Assembly (NCBI GenBank): GCA_964016885.1
Contig: OZ024741.1
Location: 155,930,001-155,994,000, forward strand
Length of the DNA: 64,000 nt
Source of the DNA: Eledone cirrhosa
Taxonomy: Eukaryota
Direction: 5' to 3'
Part shown: positions 1 to 13,539 of the stretch, in pieces
How the letters are laid out: each line of letters begins with the position of its first letter
Position numbering within the stretch: position 1 is the first letter of the stretch
The notes under the pieces: model-generated
What the model saw: the letters and a program-made list of their open reading frames with translations, nothing else
Database searches by the model: none
Told to the model about the DNA's origin: nothing
Made by a program: the position numbers and the translations under genes

Positions 1-19
1 AAAACAAAGAAAAGAATCC

Positions 20-367
<348 letters not shown>

Positions 368-368
<1 letters not shown>

Positions 369-495
369 TTAATATACCAATGGCTTCTACAGGACTAGAA
401 CTATTTCATTCAAAAGAAATCACCAGGGAATTTTTCCCAATGATTTATTTTGAATGAAACAGTTCTAGTCCCATAGAAGTGTTTTCTATATTAAA
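368..495. repeat. Imperfect inverted repeat related to the 11403-11502 palindrome
   Basis: ttctacaggactagaactatttcattc ... gaatgaaacagttctagtcccatagaa. Confidence 0.8.
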
Positions 496-582
496 GATAA
501 TGTTCACACTCCACGAATGTTTCGAGTACCTTACTAACTGTGGTTAGCCCAATCGAACCGGGACACATTTATATATATATAA

Positions 583-643
<61 letters not shown>

Positions 644-864
644 GATGAGGAAAGCACGATCCAGAGAGGAATGGAATATATATATATATAAACATGGATG
701 AGAAAAGCACGATCCAGGGATTAATGGACGGCGTGCTGTGACCAGCGGCTCTGAATGGACGCCCGACAGACTGGTCCGTCAAGGTGATCAAGGTGATATA
801 TATATATATAGGTATGTATGTATGTATTATATATATTTATATATGTATGTAAATCTATATACAC

Positions 865-912
<48 letters not shown>

Positions 913-1077
913 TCACTGGCTGACAAGATTGCTCTTTTTGCTTCCAACTACTGTCCGCGTCGAGTGCTTCATATACACAGTATTTTAAATAGACAGTGTA
1001 TTGCATATAAATTGTATATAAATTGTATATAAATTGAATTTATAATCATAAACGTCGTGCTAATAACATTATAATAT

Positions 1078-1260
1078 AATTGTTTCTACTTTAGGCACAA
1101 GGCCAGCAATTAACCAGTACATTACTGGTACTTTATTTTATCGACCCCGTAAGGATGAAAGGCAAAGTCAACCTCGGCGGGATTTGAACTCAGATCGTAA
1201 AGGGACGTAACTATGCTGGAAAACATGGTGTCCGACCCTCTACCGATACTGCCAATCCAC
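1078..1260 (-). mobile_element. tRNA-derived SINE (family A), near full length
   Basis: Minus strand: A-box-like TGGCAGTATCGG, B-box GAGTTCAAATCCC, body GAGGTTGACTTTGCCTTTCATCCTTACGGGGTCGATAAAATAAAGTACC, tail GCCTTGTGCCTAAAGTAGAAAC(AAT/ATT)n; more than 10 copies in the window. Confidence 0.9.
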
Positions 1261-2379
1261 AATGATCTACTTCTATCTCTTGCCCGCTCTGTTTTGTTGC
1301 AATCGTTTCTAATTTTTAGCTTTAGGCCAGAAAGCTTGGTAGTGGGAAGGAAAGTCATCTCCAGTTCTTGACTTGTTCTTGATTTAAATTACCCTAGAAG
1401 GTTTAAAGGTTTAAAGATCTCAGTGGGAATTTTACCCAGAATGTAAACAAACGGTTTAAATACTGCAAAGTTTTCTCTGGTTTTTATCAATAGAAAAGTC
1501 AATGTATAACAGAATTTATAGGAATTAAACGTGAAAAGAAAATACATATAGAAGGAGGATACAAATATTTACTAATACAGGCCCAAGTACAAACATTTGT
1601 GTTAAAGGAGGAATCGATTAAATCGACGACAGTATTTGGCAAGTAATTTATTGTATCGACCCAGAAAGGTTTAAAGGCTGAGTTGATCTCTGCGGGATTT
1701 GAACTCCAGTAACTGTAACTAAATAGCACAAAACCTTATTGCTCGAAGCTCTAACGATTCTGCTCATATACTACTCCTAATTCTGACCTCGGCAGGGTAG
1801 AACTCAGAGGAAAGAAAGCTGGAACGAGAATATAACTAGGCTTTCTAACACAACTCTGTTACTTTGTCGCATTTAGTGAAAGAGAAGTATTAACGCCAGT
1901 GGTGTAAGAAAGAGAGAATGAATGAAATAATGCTGGGAGGATGAGAGATCAAAGATCGTGAAGGTGTGAGAGGAACAGAAAACTAAGATGGTTGAAGTGA
2001 ACGATTCAATGTTTGTCTAAATACGTTTCTCTAATTGGAATTCTAATTAGAGAAATAATTATTTCTTTTGTTTCAGATATTATATTTTAACAAAATTATA
2101 ATTGAAATTTCTCTTTTTTCTGCAGTCTCGTGTAGTTTATATAATTATTGTTGTTGATGTTGTTGTTGTTATTGTTCATGGTGTTTAGCACCACGTCAAG
2201 TCTGGTCTATTATATCTCCGATTAAAAGCATTCCAGTAGTGACAGTTCCTTAACTTTTTCATAGAATTTACATTACCCAACGTATCTTTTTCTAAGAAGG
2301 TGGCTTATGATCTGAAGGGGTTTTGGCTAGTACTTCAAGCATTTCGAACGATTTAGTTGACTTGTTGCAAACATGTCTG

Positions 2380-2640
2380 TGCAATTAAAGAATACACCTC
2401 ACAATCACATAATTTCAGGTTCAGTTTCACTACATGGCACTTTGGGCAAGCGTTTTATACTTTAGCCTCTCATTTATCAATACCTTGTAAGTGAACTTTG
2501 ATTGACGGAATCGTTTTGGATACCCGTGGTTTTAATGTAGCTATATAAGCATTACCACCAACCCCAGTCAGTCCGCCACTAAAGTCGTGCCCCAGCATGG
2601 TCTCATCATAAATATTGAAATCAGTAATAGAATAAAGAAA
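2380..2640 (+). mobile_element. Degenerate tRNA-derived SINE (family B-like)
   Basis: ggttcagtttcactacatggcactttgggcaagcgttttatac, similar to the GTCCTTGGGCAA central motif of 43555-43675. Confidence 0.5.
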
Positions 2641-2868
2641 TATGTTATTGAAGCTCACCTAGTATTTGAAAATGGAAGTCTGGGCCAGTTAGCCAGGATA
2701 GACAGAGTTGAAGATTTCAATATAAGATTAGGAAATAAATATACAACTTAACTGTCTCTCTCCCTTCTGTGTTCTCCCTTCTTCCCCTCACCCCTACAAA
2801 AATCCAGCATAAACAATATCAAAAACAACAACGACAACTATTAGCAACATAGAGGCATATGCAATAAG

Positions 2869-4176
2869 TGTATGTATAATAACTGTTTCTACTTTAGGCA
2901 CAAGGCCAGCAATTACCCAGTTCATTACTGGGTAATTGCTGGACTTGTGCCTAAAGTAGAAATAATTAATGAAAATGCTGATGATGATAATGGGGAAAAT
3001 AGTAATAATAGAGATATAAATAATAATAACAGTAAAAATGGCAATAATAGTAATTATAATATTAGGAATAATAATTTCTTTATATTAGTAATAGTACAAA
3101 TAAATAACAACAACTATAAAATATCAATAATATTAATAATTGTTTCTAATTTTAGGCACAAGTGTATTACTGGTACTTTATTTTATCGACCCCGTAAGGA
3201 TGAAAGGCAAAGTCAACCTCGGCGGGATTTGAACTCAGATCGTAATGGGACGTAACTATGCTGGACAGCATGGCGTCCAGCATAGTTACGTGTATGTATA
3301 ATAACTGTTTCTACTTTAGGCACAAGGCCAGCAATTAACCAGTGCATTACTGGTACTTTATTTTATCGACCCCGTAAGGATGAAAGGCAAAGTCAACCTC
3401 GGCGGGATTTGAACTCAGATCATAAAGGGACGTATGTATAATAACATTATCCTATATGCTTTCCGGTAAATATTTCAAGGAAACGTCACTGAAGATGGAA
3501 CAAAATTGTGAAATACTAGTATTTCACGATTGGTGTAGCTTACTCACCGCGAGACTTATGTCTGTTTATTATACGTGAACATATATATGTTTTTATAAAC
3601 ACTTCAAACATCAAATCAGTAATATAATTAGGCTTGCAATAGTTAATAGTTGCTTTACATCTATTGAGGATTATTACGGTGGATTGGCAGTATCGGTAGA
3701 GGCTCGGACGCCATGCTTTCCAGCATAGAGTTACGGGCCTTGCCATTCTGAGTTCAAATCCCACCAAAGTTAACTTTACCTTTCATCCTTACGGGGTCGA
3801 TAAAATAAAGTACCAGTAATACACTTGTGCCAAAATTAGAAACAATTATTAATATTATTGATATTTTATAGTTGTTGTTATTTATTTGTACTAATATAAA
3901 GAAATTATTTTTCCTAATATTATAATTACTATTATTGCCATTTTTACTGTTATTATTATTTATATCTCTATTATTACTATTTTCCCTATTATCATCATAA
4001 GCATTTTCATTAATTGTTTCTACTTTAGGCACAAGGCCAGCAATTAACCAGTTCATTACTGGTACTTTATTTTATCGACCCCGTAAGGATGAAAGGCAAA
4101 GTCAACCTCGGCGGGATTTGAACTCAGATCGTAAAGGGACGTAACTATGCTGGAAAGCATGGCGTCCGACCCTCTA
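2869..4176. mobile_element. Cluster of nested/rearranged family A SINE copies (about 2884, 3140, 3305 on -, 3677 on +, 4012 on -)
   Basis: Repeated ttctactttaggcacaaggccagc and ttttatcgaccccgtaaggatgaaaggc; gtatgtataataac recurs at about 2870, 3292 and 3432 like a TSD. Confidence 0.85.
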
Positions 4177-4249
4177 CATCTGCGTCACATATGTTATCTG
4201 AAGCGGATGCGTCATAATGTTTTTCAAATTGAAATGTACCAAGTTTGGA

Positions 4250-5530
4250 ATATTTGAGTTTTGTAATCAATTTGTTGTGTTTGTTGTTTGCCTTTTAATG
4301 TTGGCTTTTAGTACTTCGTATGTTGTTTCATGTTGTTTGCGTGTTAATATTTTCCTTACTATATCATCGTAGATTGCTAACTATTGCAATTGTCTCGGAA
4401 GTTATGTTTTGGCGATTACACCGCCATATAATTTTTTACGTTTCAATTGCTTGTTTGTTTAGGTTTTTTCTTTTATTATTCTATTATCCTGTTCTGTTTA
4501 ATATTTCTGTTGTTTGTCTTTATACGTCATTGCTGTTACATCTGTGTGTGTTGTTTTATTTCAGACGTGTTAGTATGTTTGTGAAAATCCAATAAAGTGA
4601 TGATAAAGTAATTGGTGTTTGTGTGTACTCTATGCTGTGAATGTTTTGCAATTGAAAGAAATTTGTCTTGCCATCAATAGTATCTAGTTAGTATTCTTTG
4701 TAAAAAGGTACAAGTCTTCGTATGGTATTTATGATTAATTGTTGTTCATCGTGTATCTTTAACATATCTAAAGCACCGATCATTATCATTATAAATATTA
4801 TTGGTTCTATCTCTTTTAAGTCTTGAGTTCAAACCCCAACACCCCGCTATGAAAGAACAAAAGGAAATTATAGCTCACCCCTATGCAGATTTAGGTGACT
4901 TTCTATGAAGTTTATATATTATTGTTTATTGTTTGTTGTTGTGTGTTGCTGTTTGCGTTTAGTACTTCCTGTTTTCTTTCATGCTGTCTGTGTGTTGTTT
5001 ATTAATGTTTTCCCTACAAATCCTCTTGTATTTGCTAATGTTTCGGAAGTTATATTTTGGCTGTTTGACTGTCGTGTGTTGTTTTACAATACTTTTGCTT
5101 GTTTGTTTGTTTTTGTTACTCTATTATTAGGTGGTGGTATATGTGTCTGTTGTTTGGCTGGGTAAGTCGCTTTTGTCACATCTCCGTGTGTTAGTTTCAC
5201 TACAAACTTGTTAGTTCATTTGTCAAAAACCAATAAAGTGATAATGTAATTTGTGTTGAATGTGTATTTTTTTCTGTTCTCAATGCTGTAAATGTTTTAC
5301 AATCGAAATAAATTAGTGTTGCAATCAATGCTATTTAGTTAGTATTCTCTGAAAAGTGTTACGAGTCTTATTTAATTTTCAATTTTTATCAAGGATACGA
5401 CACCAATCATTGTCAGTATGAATATTATTTGTTCCATCTTTTTAAAGTCCTGAGTTCAAATCCCCACACCCCATCAGGAAATGTTAAAAGGAAATTACAG
5501 TTCACGACTGTACAACTTTAGGTGGCCTTC
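4250..5530 (-). repeat. Diverged tandem duplication (period about 650 bp), possibly old RLE-LINE 3' ends
   Basis: Blocks ccaataaagtgat.at, gttagtattct, tgagttcaaa.ccc and aaaaggaa occur twice; minus-strand IMIGALDML and CKTF resemble the C-terminus at 25900-26060. Confidence 0.55.
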
Positions 5531-8044
5531 GAAATTATATATCAAAGGAGGTTTCTTGGGTGTTTTAATGAGCGGGGTCTTAGTATAATGAAATTTAACG
5601 AGAAATGGAACACCGCACTCAAGAACACAATGTGCTACCCAGTCCAAGATTCAAATCCTTGACCATATGGTCGTGAATAATATATCAAAACCACTAGGCC
5701 ACTTACCTTCAGCCTCAGGACTTATGAATATATAGAAGCTGCGATTTAATGTAGAACGGATCTCTTTTTTTAGCAGAGAGAAGTTTTTTCTGACATTAGT
5801 CTCATTCAGCTACATAGAACATATCTGAAGAGAGGCTCGGCCTTTACCAGATATCGAGTTTTAGTCGACTATATACGGTATAACTATCCATCCATGGACC
5901 CTGATCACCTAATGAACTCATAGGAGGCGCTGTCATGACACACACCGTGTCTTACGCATTTAAACATGTCGTCCAGAATAATATTACAAACGTGGGGGAG
6001 AAAGTAATACAGAGAACGCTATAGTTGACTTCGATAGCATTTAAACTCAAAGTGCAGAGGTGGAACGTAGACCGTAGAGCATTTTTGCAGACCCTCTATA
6101 AACTCTGCCAATTCGTCACATATTGATGGTATCCATTATTTATAGATCATTAATTATCGTATATATCACGATACAGAATCTATAGTTTATTATAACACAG
6201 ATGAATAGAGTGCCATTGACCTCTCTTTCAGTAATGAATTAATTTTACCATTATTAGTTTAACTCTCATATTATTTTCTGTATCTTATCAGTTTCATCGA
6301 CTGCGGAGAGAATTGTTTAGCGAGTTCTGCAATAATTATCCGATTTCAATGAATAAATCACACTGAATATTTTATAATTTTCGTAAATTGCATTTACTGA
6401 CAGTAGCATTGACAAATCTATTTAATTCCCAAGTGATTATCATATCCCTACTGATCTTATGTGCGGTTTCCTAGTTAACTCCAATAAAAAGCTGGGGAAT
6501 GGCTTCCTACATACAATTTTAACACATCTATATATGGTCTTATGTTTAGAGTGTTGGATTGACGATAATAAACTCCTAAAATCGATTCTTGGACTGGTTG
6601 GTGTGTTGTACTGTTGAGCAAGATGCTTCCTTTCACGCTGCTTTCTATGGTAAGACTGGAGATCTCTTATTAAAACGTTCTAGAAACCTCATGAGATAAA
6701 ACGCCGGAGAAGACCAGCAAACCTTCATAGATGTGAGCTGTGAATATCAGATTAGGTAGTGAATTGGCAGAGTGGTTAGAGCGTCAGTATCTGTTCTGGC
6801 TCTGCCTTCCGAATTAAAATCTTACCTCGGTGAACTTTGTGTTTTATTATTTCGGTGTCGATAAATAAAGTACCACCTCCGAGGGCGATAAAATGTTTTG
6901 AAGCATTAAATCTGGCTCTAAGCGTTCTGATTCCAAATCCCACTTGGTCTTTAAAAGAGTTGTCACCGACAGATAGTATCAGAAATGGAAACTCCAACAT
7001 AACACATCTTTTCCTTGTTCCGATCTGTCACAGGGAACCCATACTTCATTTCCTTATGTAGAGAAGATTCATAGGCGGTGAAATGGCGTAATCATATTGG
7101 TATATATTCCGGTTTTCTGCCTTCAAATAGTAGATTTATCATATTGTTGAATGGAAGATATAATTCCACATTTTGTCACATGCGTAGATATAATCTATCA
7201 TAATTAGCATGGGTAGCTAGAATATTAATGATCAATTCTTTTTTTTTTTTGTGCTGATTGCATATTTTAAATTAAATTTGTTATTATTTAATTTGGAGGG
7301 ACGATTGATCGGCAGAATCGTTAGGGTCATCAGGCCGTACGGCATTTAGTTACAGGTTTTATATACTGAATTGAAAATTCAACGAATATCACCTTTGCTT
7401 TTCATCTTTTCGGGGTCATTAAATAACGTACTAGTTCGTGGGCCTTAGATTCGCTCAAAAATTGTTAAAAACGCGGAAGCAATGTTTTGCGGTATCTGTT
7501 TCCGCTAGGTGCGTTCTCAGTTCAAATCCAGTCTACTATCGAACAAGAAAAGTATTAGCAATATACTCTTACTGCAGTATTTCGAGTACTTCTGAGGGAG
7601 TTTACCCCAACTGGACCAGAAACTTCGGGTTGGTTCGTTGCTCTGTACCCATCGCTCGACGATCAAAAATTGAGGAGCTGTTAACGACAGCTCATGGAAA
7701 AACATACAATGGCTTCAGAGTGCTGAGATCGCAGTTATATACTCACTGGATATTACGCCAGACAGAGAAAAGAAGGAAAGTAATGCAAACAATTGTACGG
7801 TGGAGGGACTATCACCAACATAACAAACATGGAAGAATTCTTCAGAAACGTAGAAGCTATAACATAAGACGATAGTACTTTTTCCTCTTTTATCTATAGA
7901 AGATAAGGGTATTTAAAACTTGATATATATACCATAGACGTAGAACAACAATGCATCCGCTTTACGCATGGTATAGGATACAGTTTAACATCTAGATATA
8001 TTTTGCAGACAGAACAGCCATACATCAATTTTATATAGAGTGTA

Positions 8045-8383
8045 CAAGGTGGTCCGAGAGTCTTGCCACCTCTTGTCACATATTATTTTAACTTTCATTA
8101 TTTTTTGTTTTAATAATATAATATATAATATCATTAATTATTATGTATAATAATAATAATATAATTTTCTATTTCAGTGCTTCTATAGTTTGGAAGAGAG
8201 GCTGCTTGCAAGTATATGGGCACATGATCGTGTGCATTCTGGCAAGAGCATGGAAGATGTGCAACATGACCACTGCAAGATTCGGCTAACCAGCTCCTCC
8301 GAAGAGGACGATACTGCGATGGCAACATAAACTGTTTCTCATTACCTTTTGGTAGGGGGTGACAAGACTTTCGGACCACACTG
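8045..8383 (+). mobile_element. Tc1/mariner-type non-autonomous DNA transposon
   Basis: About 26-bp TIRs caaggtggtccgagagtcttgccacc / ggtgacaagactttcggaccacactg, flanked by TA on both sides. Confidence 0.8.
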
Positions 8384-8834
8384 TAGAATAAAGTTTGAAA
8401 TGTATATGTAAGACAGAAGGAATTAGAAAAAGTGGGCGTATACTATAAAACATTTGTTAGTTACCGTTAATACTCTTGTGATGTCTGTGTATGTGTAATT
8501 AATATATATAAGTTGTGACCTAAGCAGCCGAAGTTATATCATAACGTTATATGTTATATGTACATATTTGGCATCTTTATATATGTACTTAAAATGAGTA
8601 AATCTATATATCCATTTATACTGTTTCGTTTACTTCTATTCTGAATATATACAACTTTATCATATTTTTCAGCTGCTTACGTCACAAATTAATATACAAT
8701 TATCTTAATTCATTACTCATATGTGCGCTAATATACAACGCAGTATGTCAATTTCAGAATACTATTATAAGTTATCAGGTATATAAGAGTCTCGATTACG
8801 TAATTCCCTGGGGTTGTTTAGATAATATACATGA

Positions 8835-8873
8835 TTTCTGATGAGAACCCAACTTCGCTTGAAACAGGTTAAA
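8835..8873 (+). ncRNA. Degenerate hammerhead motif
   Basis: TTT-CTGATGA-gaacccaacttcgctt-GAAAC ag GTT-AAA; core intact, stem II poor. Confidence 0.4.
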
Positions 8874-9030
8874 AGTGTTTATCAGTTTCTTCAATTTAGT
8901 GGGAAATACGTATATTTGGCATGTTTACAATTCTATATAGTAAACACAATCTTCGTTAATTCTATTCTATTTATATATAGATATAACTTTATTATTCTTC
9001 GGCTGTTATCACACGGCCTATACACATACT

Positions 9031-9128
<98 letters not shown>

Positions 9129-9151
9129 CATATATATACATATATATATAC

Positions 9152-9188
<37 letters not shown>

Positions 9189-9195
9189 TACATAC

Positions 9196-9274
<79 letters not shown>

Positions 9275-9360
9275 GAAAAATTTGAACAGGGACAGAACAG
9301 AGAGGCAGTACAATAAATGTTTATTAAATTCACGCTCAGGAGAGTGGGGGGTAGGTGGGG

Positions 9361-9394
9361 GACGACGTTTCGGGCATAAGCCCTTCCTCAGGTG
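9361..9394 (-). ncRNA. Minimal type I hammerhead ribozyme
   Basis: Reverse complement: cac-CTGAGGA-a-GGGC ttat GCCC-GAAA-CG-TC-gt. Confidence 0.75.
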
Positions 9395-10564
9395 AGAAGT
9401 GTGTGGGAACAGAGTTCAAAAGGTGTGTAGGGGAGTGGTGGAGAGACATATAGCGAAAGGAAACGGTGCGAATGAAAAATTAACAAATGAAGACAAAAAA
9501 TATAAAAAATAAAAATAAAGCATGATCAAAATACAAGGAATGAGAAAATTTAAAAATAAAGGCATGATCAAAATAAACTGAAATTAAAAGGGGGGTAAAC
9601 AGGTGGTGGAAGGGTGTGGGGTGAGTAGGGGTGGTGGCGGGTGGAGTGGGGAGAGGGAGACGGGGTGTCCGAGCGGGGAGGGCTGAAGGTGGTGTGTGTG
9701 TGTAGGTGTGCGTGTGTGTGTGTGTGTGTGTATGTGAAAGTGAGGGTTGGGGGAAGAACGGGGTTGCATGTTCAGGAAGAGGTGTGTGTGGGGGGGGGGT
9801 CGGAGTGTCTGTGCGTGTGTGGATAGGGGTGGGGGGAGAGGAATCAGGAGGCTGAGGGTGTAAATATGTGGTGGGAAGCACGTGTGTGTGGGGTTTAAGC
9901 GTGTTGTGGGTGTGGGTGGCGTGTGGAGAAAAACATTTTTTGGGGGTGTGTGTGTGGGTGAGTTATATAGGTGATGGCGTAAGAGGATGGTTGAAAAGTT
10001 GGTAAGTTCCACGGATGTTTGGAGATTTGGTTATAAGTCAATTTCGCGTGTGGGTAATCCAAGAAGCGGTGGTCGGAAGAGGAGAGATGTGGGGTGCGCG
10101 CGCAACAGGAAGTGGTCAGCAGTGGGAGTGCTGTGGTCAGTCGGTGCTGGAAGGTCATAGCAGCAGTCGGTGGAATGGTAGGGAGGCGAGGATGGGTAGG
10201 TGTGAGAGTTGGAGTGAGGAGGGTGTGTGTGTGTGTGTGTGTGTGTATTAGTAGGGGCATTAGTGGGATGAGTGAGTGTGGAGCGGGGGTGTGGGTGGAG
10301 CGGGGAGAGAAGGGTGTGTGTGGTTCTATGGAGGGAACGGGGTAACAAATAATAGTTATATGCAGTCCACTTAGGTGTAGTCCAGTTATGGTACTCCGGG
10401 TAGTGGATGATATCAACGTTTAGCTAAGTTTGACTCAACAAGGCGTTTCCATATTGATGCTGCGAGTACGCTGTGATTCCTATGTTGTAAACACTTGGAG
10501 TAATAATAAATCAGGAAAGAAGGTTGACATGGTTTGCTATACAAAAAAGGTTTTTAATCTCATT

Positions 10565-10670
10565 GCTGACAATTGTTTCTCTGAACTGGTAGGTCTAGAG
10601 ATCGCTATCCGCTTATTTTCGCGTTACTCGATCGCCAATACAAAATTATAACCAGTCAGTTCATCGGAGC
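10565..10670 (-). ncRNA. Hammerhead with long stem II (U4>C variant)
   Basis: Reverse complement: GCT-CCGATGA-aCTGACTGGT...ACCAGtTCAGa-GAAA-CAATTG-TC-AGC; paralog at 54803-54910. Confidence 0.6.
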
Positions 10671-11254
10671 TTGCGAGAATGAAGAGAATATACAGGCATG
10701 AAAAGAATATACAGGCTACTATATGTAGAAGTAATGGTATTCAGGTAGAACAATAAAAACAATATCAACAATGCTAGCAATAAATTATTGGAAATAATCA
10801 CAACATCAATCTAGGTGGGAAGTATAGTATACCTATAATTTTAGCGTGTAAAACTAGCTGACATGAGGCAGATGTATAAAATTGACATGTAAAGACTGTA
10901 GGGTGTATTATATCAAGTGTAAAGATAAGCTGGTGTTTTTAAATAATGTAGGACAGGTGGCCGTAATAGTCGGTTTTTATCTGACCGATGAATATATATG
11001 TATACGTCTCCCTCTCCCCACTCCACCCGCCACCACCCCTACACACCCCACACCCTTCCACCACCTGTTTTACCCCTTTTTAATTTCAGTTTATTTTGAT
11101 CATGCTTTTATATTTATTTTTATTTCATTCCTTTTATTTTGATCATGCTTTATTTTTATTTTTATTTTTAATTTCATTCGCACCGTTTCCTTTCGCTATA
11201 TGTCTCTCCACCACTCCCCTACACACCCTTTGAACGCTGTTCCCACACATTTCT

Positions 11255-11288
11255 CACCTGAGGAAGGGCTTATGCCCGAAACGTCGTT
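11255..11288 (+). ncRNA. Minimal type I hammerhead ribozyme
   Basis: cac-CTGAGGA-a-GGGC ttat GCCC-GAAA-CG-TC-gt; same core as the 9361 copy. Confidence 0.75.
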
Positions 11289-11402
11289 CCCCACCACCAC
11301 CCCACTCTCCAGAGCGTGAAATTAATAAACATTCGTTGTACTGAGTCTCTGTTTTGTTCCTGTTCAAATTTTTCCATTATATATATATATATATATATAT
11401 AT

Positions 11403-11502
11403 AAGTTTTAATATAGATGAGATTCTACAGGACTAGAACTGTTTCATTCTTTAAAGAATGAAACAGTTCTAGTCCTGTAGAATCTCATCTATATTAAAAC
11501 TT
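11403..11502. repeat. Perfect 100-bp palindrome with no spacer
   Basis: aagttttaatatagatgagattctacaggactagaactgtttcattcttt|aaagaatgaaacagttctagtcctgtagaatctcatctatattaaaactt. Confidence 0.95.
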
Positions 11503-11851
11503 TTATACTCTGCTATGTATTGAGTACCTTACTTACTGTGGTTACCTCCGATTCAACTTTGAATTATTTTTCCCACATCTTACGTTAACTTTTTTTCAAA
11601 TTTTGACGCTATAGTCACTTATATATCATGGGATACTGTTGGCTTCTTGCTATAATGTTTTCTATACCTTTCATTTATATATATATATATATATATATAT
11701 AAATTTTGAGTATATGTTGGTTGTATACCAACACCTCAGTATGCAGATTAGAGCAATCGACGAAGTGCGGAGGTTGGTTTGGTTACTCCGGAGTAATGTA
11801 AAATAAAATAAAATAAATAAGTCAAATGTTTAAAATTTGGCTTCGTTTATT

Positions 11852-11906
11852 AGTGCTATATATATTTCGGTGACAGCCATCTTTGGCTGTGACCTCTTCA
11901 GGCAGT
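11852..11906 (-). ncRNA. Type I hammerhead ribozyme
   Basis: Reverse complement: acTGC-CTGAAGA-GGTcACAGCCA aaga TGGCTGTcACC-GAAA-TATATA-TA-GCAct; intact core, 10-bp stem II. Confidence 0.8.
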
Positions 11907-12268
11907 CCGAATTAGTGTGGTAGAGACGAGTACACATGTTGTTGAGGTGTATAACTTTGTCAATACTCTGATTTGCCCAGTTTCTCGTTGGGTTGTTATT
12001 TCACTGAGGAACTGGAATCATATGAATTCAAACAAACGAATTTCAGCGTCAAAGGGCCTCTTCTCCACTCATTTGTCAGTTTTTAGAACATTCCGCAGTC
12101 AAAAGTCTATAGAAATTCGTGCTGAGGCCAGCCAATCTGTAGTTGTTGTTATTGTTATTGTTAGGTACATCTGACCTCTATCCTTGTGTTGGTAGTGGTG
12201 TCATTGTTGGAGTCAGCTAAAAAAAAGTGATAAAGTGGTAGAAGGAATAAGATGGTAAATATATGTAA

Positions 12269-12337
<69 letters not shown>

Positions 12338-12370
12338 AATAAGGGCGCTGCGGAGTTGCAAATGGGTTAC

Positions 12371-12645
12371 ATATGAAAAAGTAAGTCCTTCATCAGTGAT
12401 CTTCCAACTATCATAGGCATTTCATCGCTTTAAAGACCATATACCTCAGGTTGGTGCGAGCAACGGCTAAAAAAAGTCGTTGGGACACGTAAATAAAGGG
12501 GACACGAGGGTAACCTCGTGTCCCCTTTATTTACGTGTCCCAACGACTTTTTTTAGCCGTTGCTCGCACCAACCGGAAGTATATGGTCTTTAAAGCGATG
12601 AAATGCCTATGATAGTTGGAAGATCACTGATGAAGGACAAACTTT

Positions 12646-12653
<8 letters not shown>
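12371..12653. repeat. About 280-bp near-perfect hairpin (fold-back) element
   Basis: Arms of about 140 bp around loop GTAA (12510-12513); each arm end carries CTGATGAAGGAC facing outward. Confidence 0.95.
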
Positions 12654-12725
<72 letters not shown>

Positions 12726-13539
12726 GGGCGTCTGTCTGTGCGTGCATGTGGCTAAGTGTTTGTACATGTGTGTATATGTAACTATCTATGTAAGAATTAT
12801 AATTAAATATATTTTCAACGTCCTATTTTTCTGAGAACTCATAGCTTTAAGATATTTCTCTCTGTTTATTATTCCACTGCTCTTAAAACAACCAAAATTA
12901 CAATTTCATCTCAAGCATGGATCAGGCTGGGACGAAGAGAAAATGCTTTACAATTTATCATATTTTACCGTGATTGAATTAGGTTGGTTTATACACCCAT
13001 CCGTCTTACGACGAGTGTTTCAGCCTGCTCATCCATCGACACTGGTACGATTACCGTAGTTCCCAGAAAACATTAAGTGGGCAGTGTATGAATATAAGGT
13101 ACCGTTCATCTTGTATTATGCTGCAAGTCGCTGAGCATTCCACTATTTGTACTATCAACTTATTTTACAATGTATTTCGATGCGACTTTGTGAGATAAAT
13201 CTGCCACATGGGCAGCAGAAAATTAGTATCATAATTTTCCCGGGCTGTGTTGTTGCTGACGCTGTCACTGATTTTTACAAAATTGTTCTGTTCTGCGGAC
13301 GAACATCCTTCCTCCGCCATCGTTTTTTAAAAAGGAATTGAGGGGCGTGCTGGCTAATCAAACCACGTTTTACCTGCTAAGGGCTATAGATTAAGAAAAG
13401 GTGACGAGTTTCCTAAAGTCCTGGTTAGTTTATCCATAAAATGCTAACAAATGTTCAACCAGTAATGAACTGGGTAATTTGCTGGCCCTGTGCCTAAAGT
13501 AGAAACAAATATATAGCTTTGCATAACAACAGAAATAAT

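Larger units (their letters stand above)
9271..11380 (-). mobile_element. Penelope-like non-coding element with inverted terminal copy (arms 9271-9662 and 11005-11380), flanked by (TA)n
   Basis: About 380-bp inverted arms, each with a minimal HHR; an inverted partial pLTR is typical of Penelope-like elements. Confidence 0.7.

Noticed and set aside
2060-2130. Two splice-acceptor-like pyrimidine-CAG sites
   Set aside because: No downstream open exon or donor could be supported; such motifs are expected by chance in AT-rich DNA.
3484-3528. CGTCA-CTGAAGA...GAAATACTAGTATT-TCACG hammerhead-like motif
   Set aside because: Stem II is unconvincing and stem I is mismatched; it is also explained by a simple palindrome, so it was not counted.
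7438-7875. 145-aa ORF as a host exon
   Set aside because: It begins within SINE-derived sequence, and has no recognisable domain or convincing splice context.
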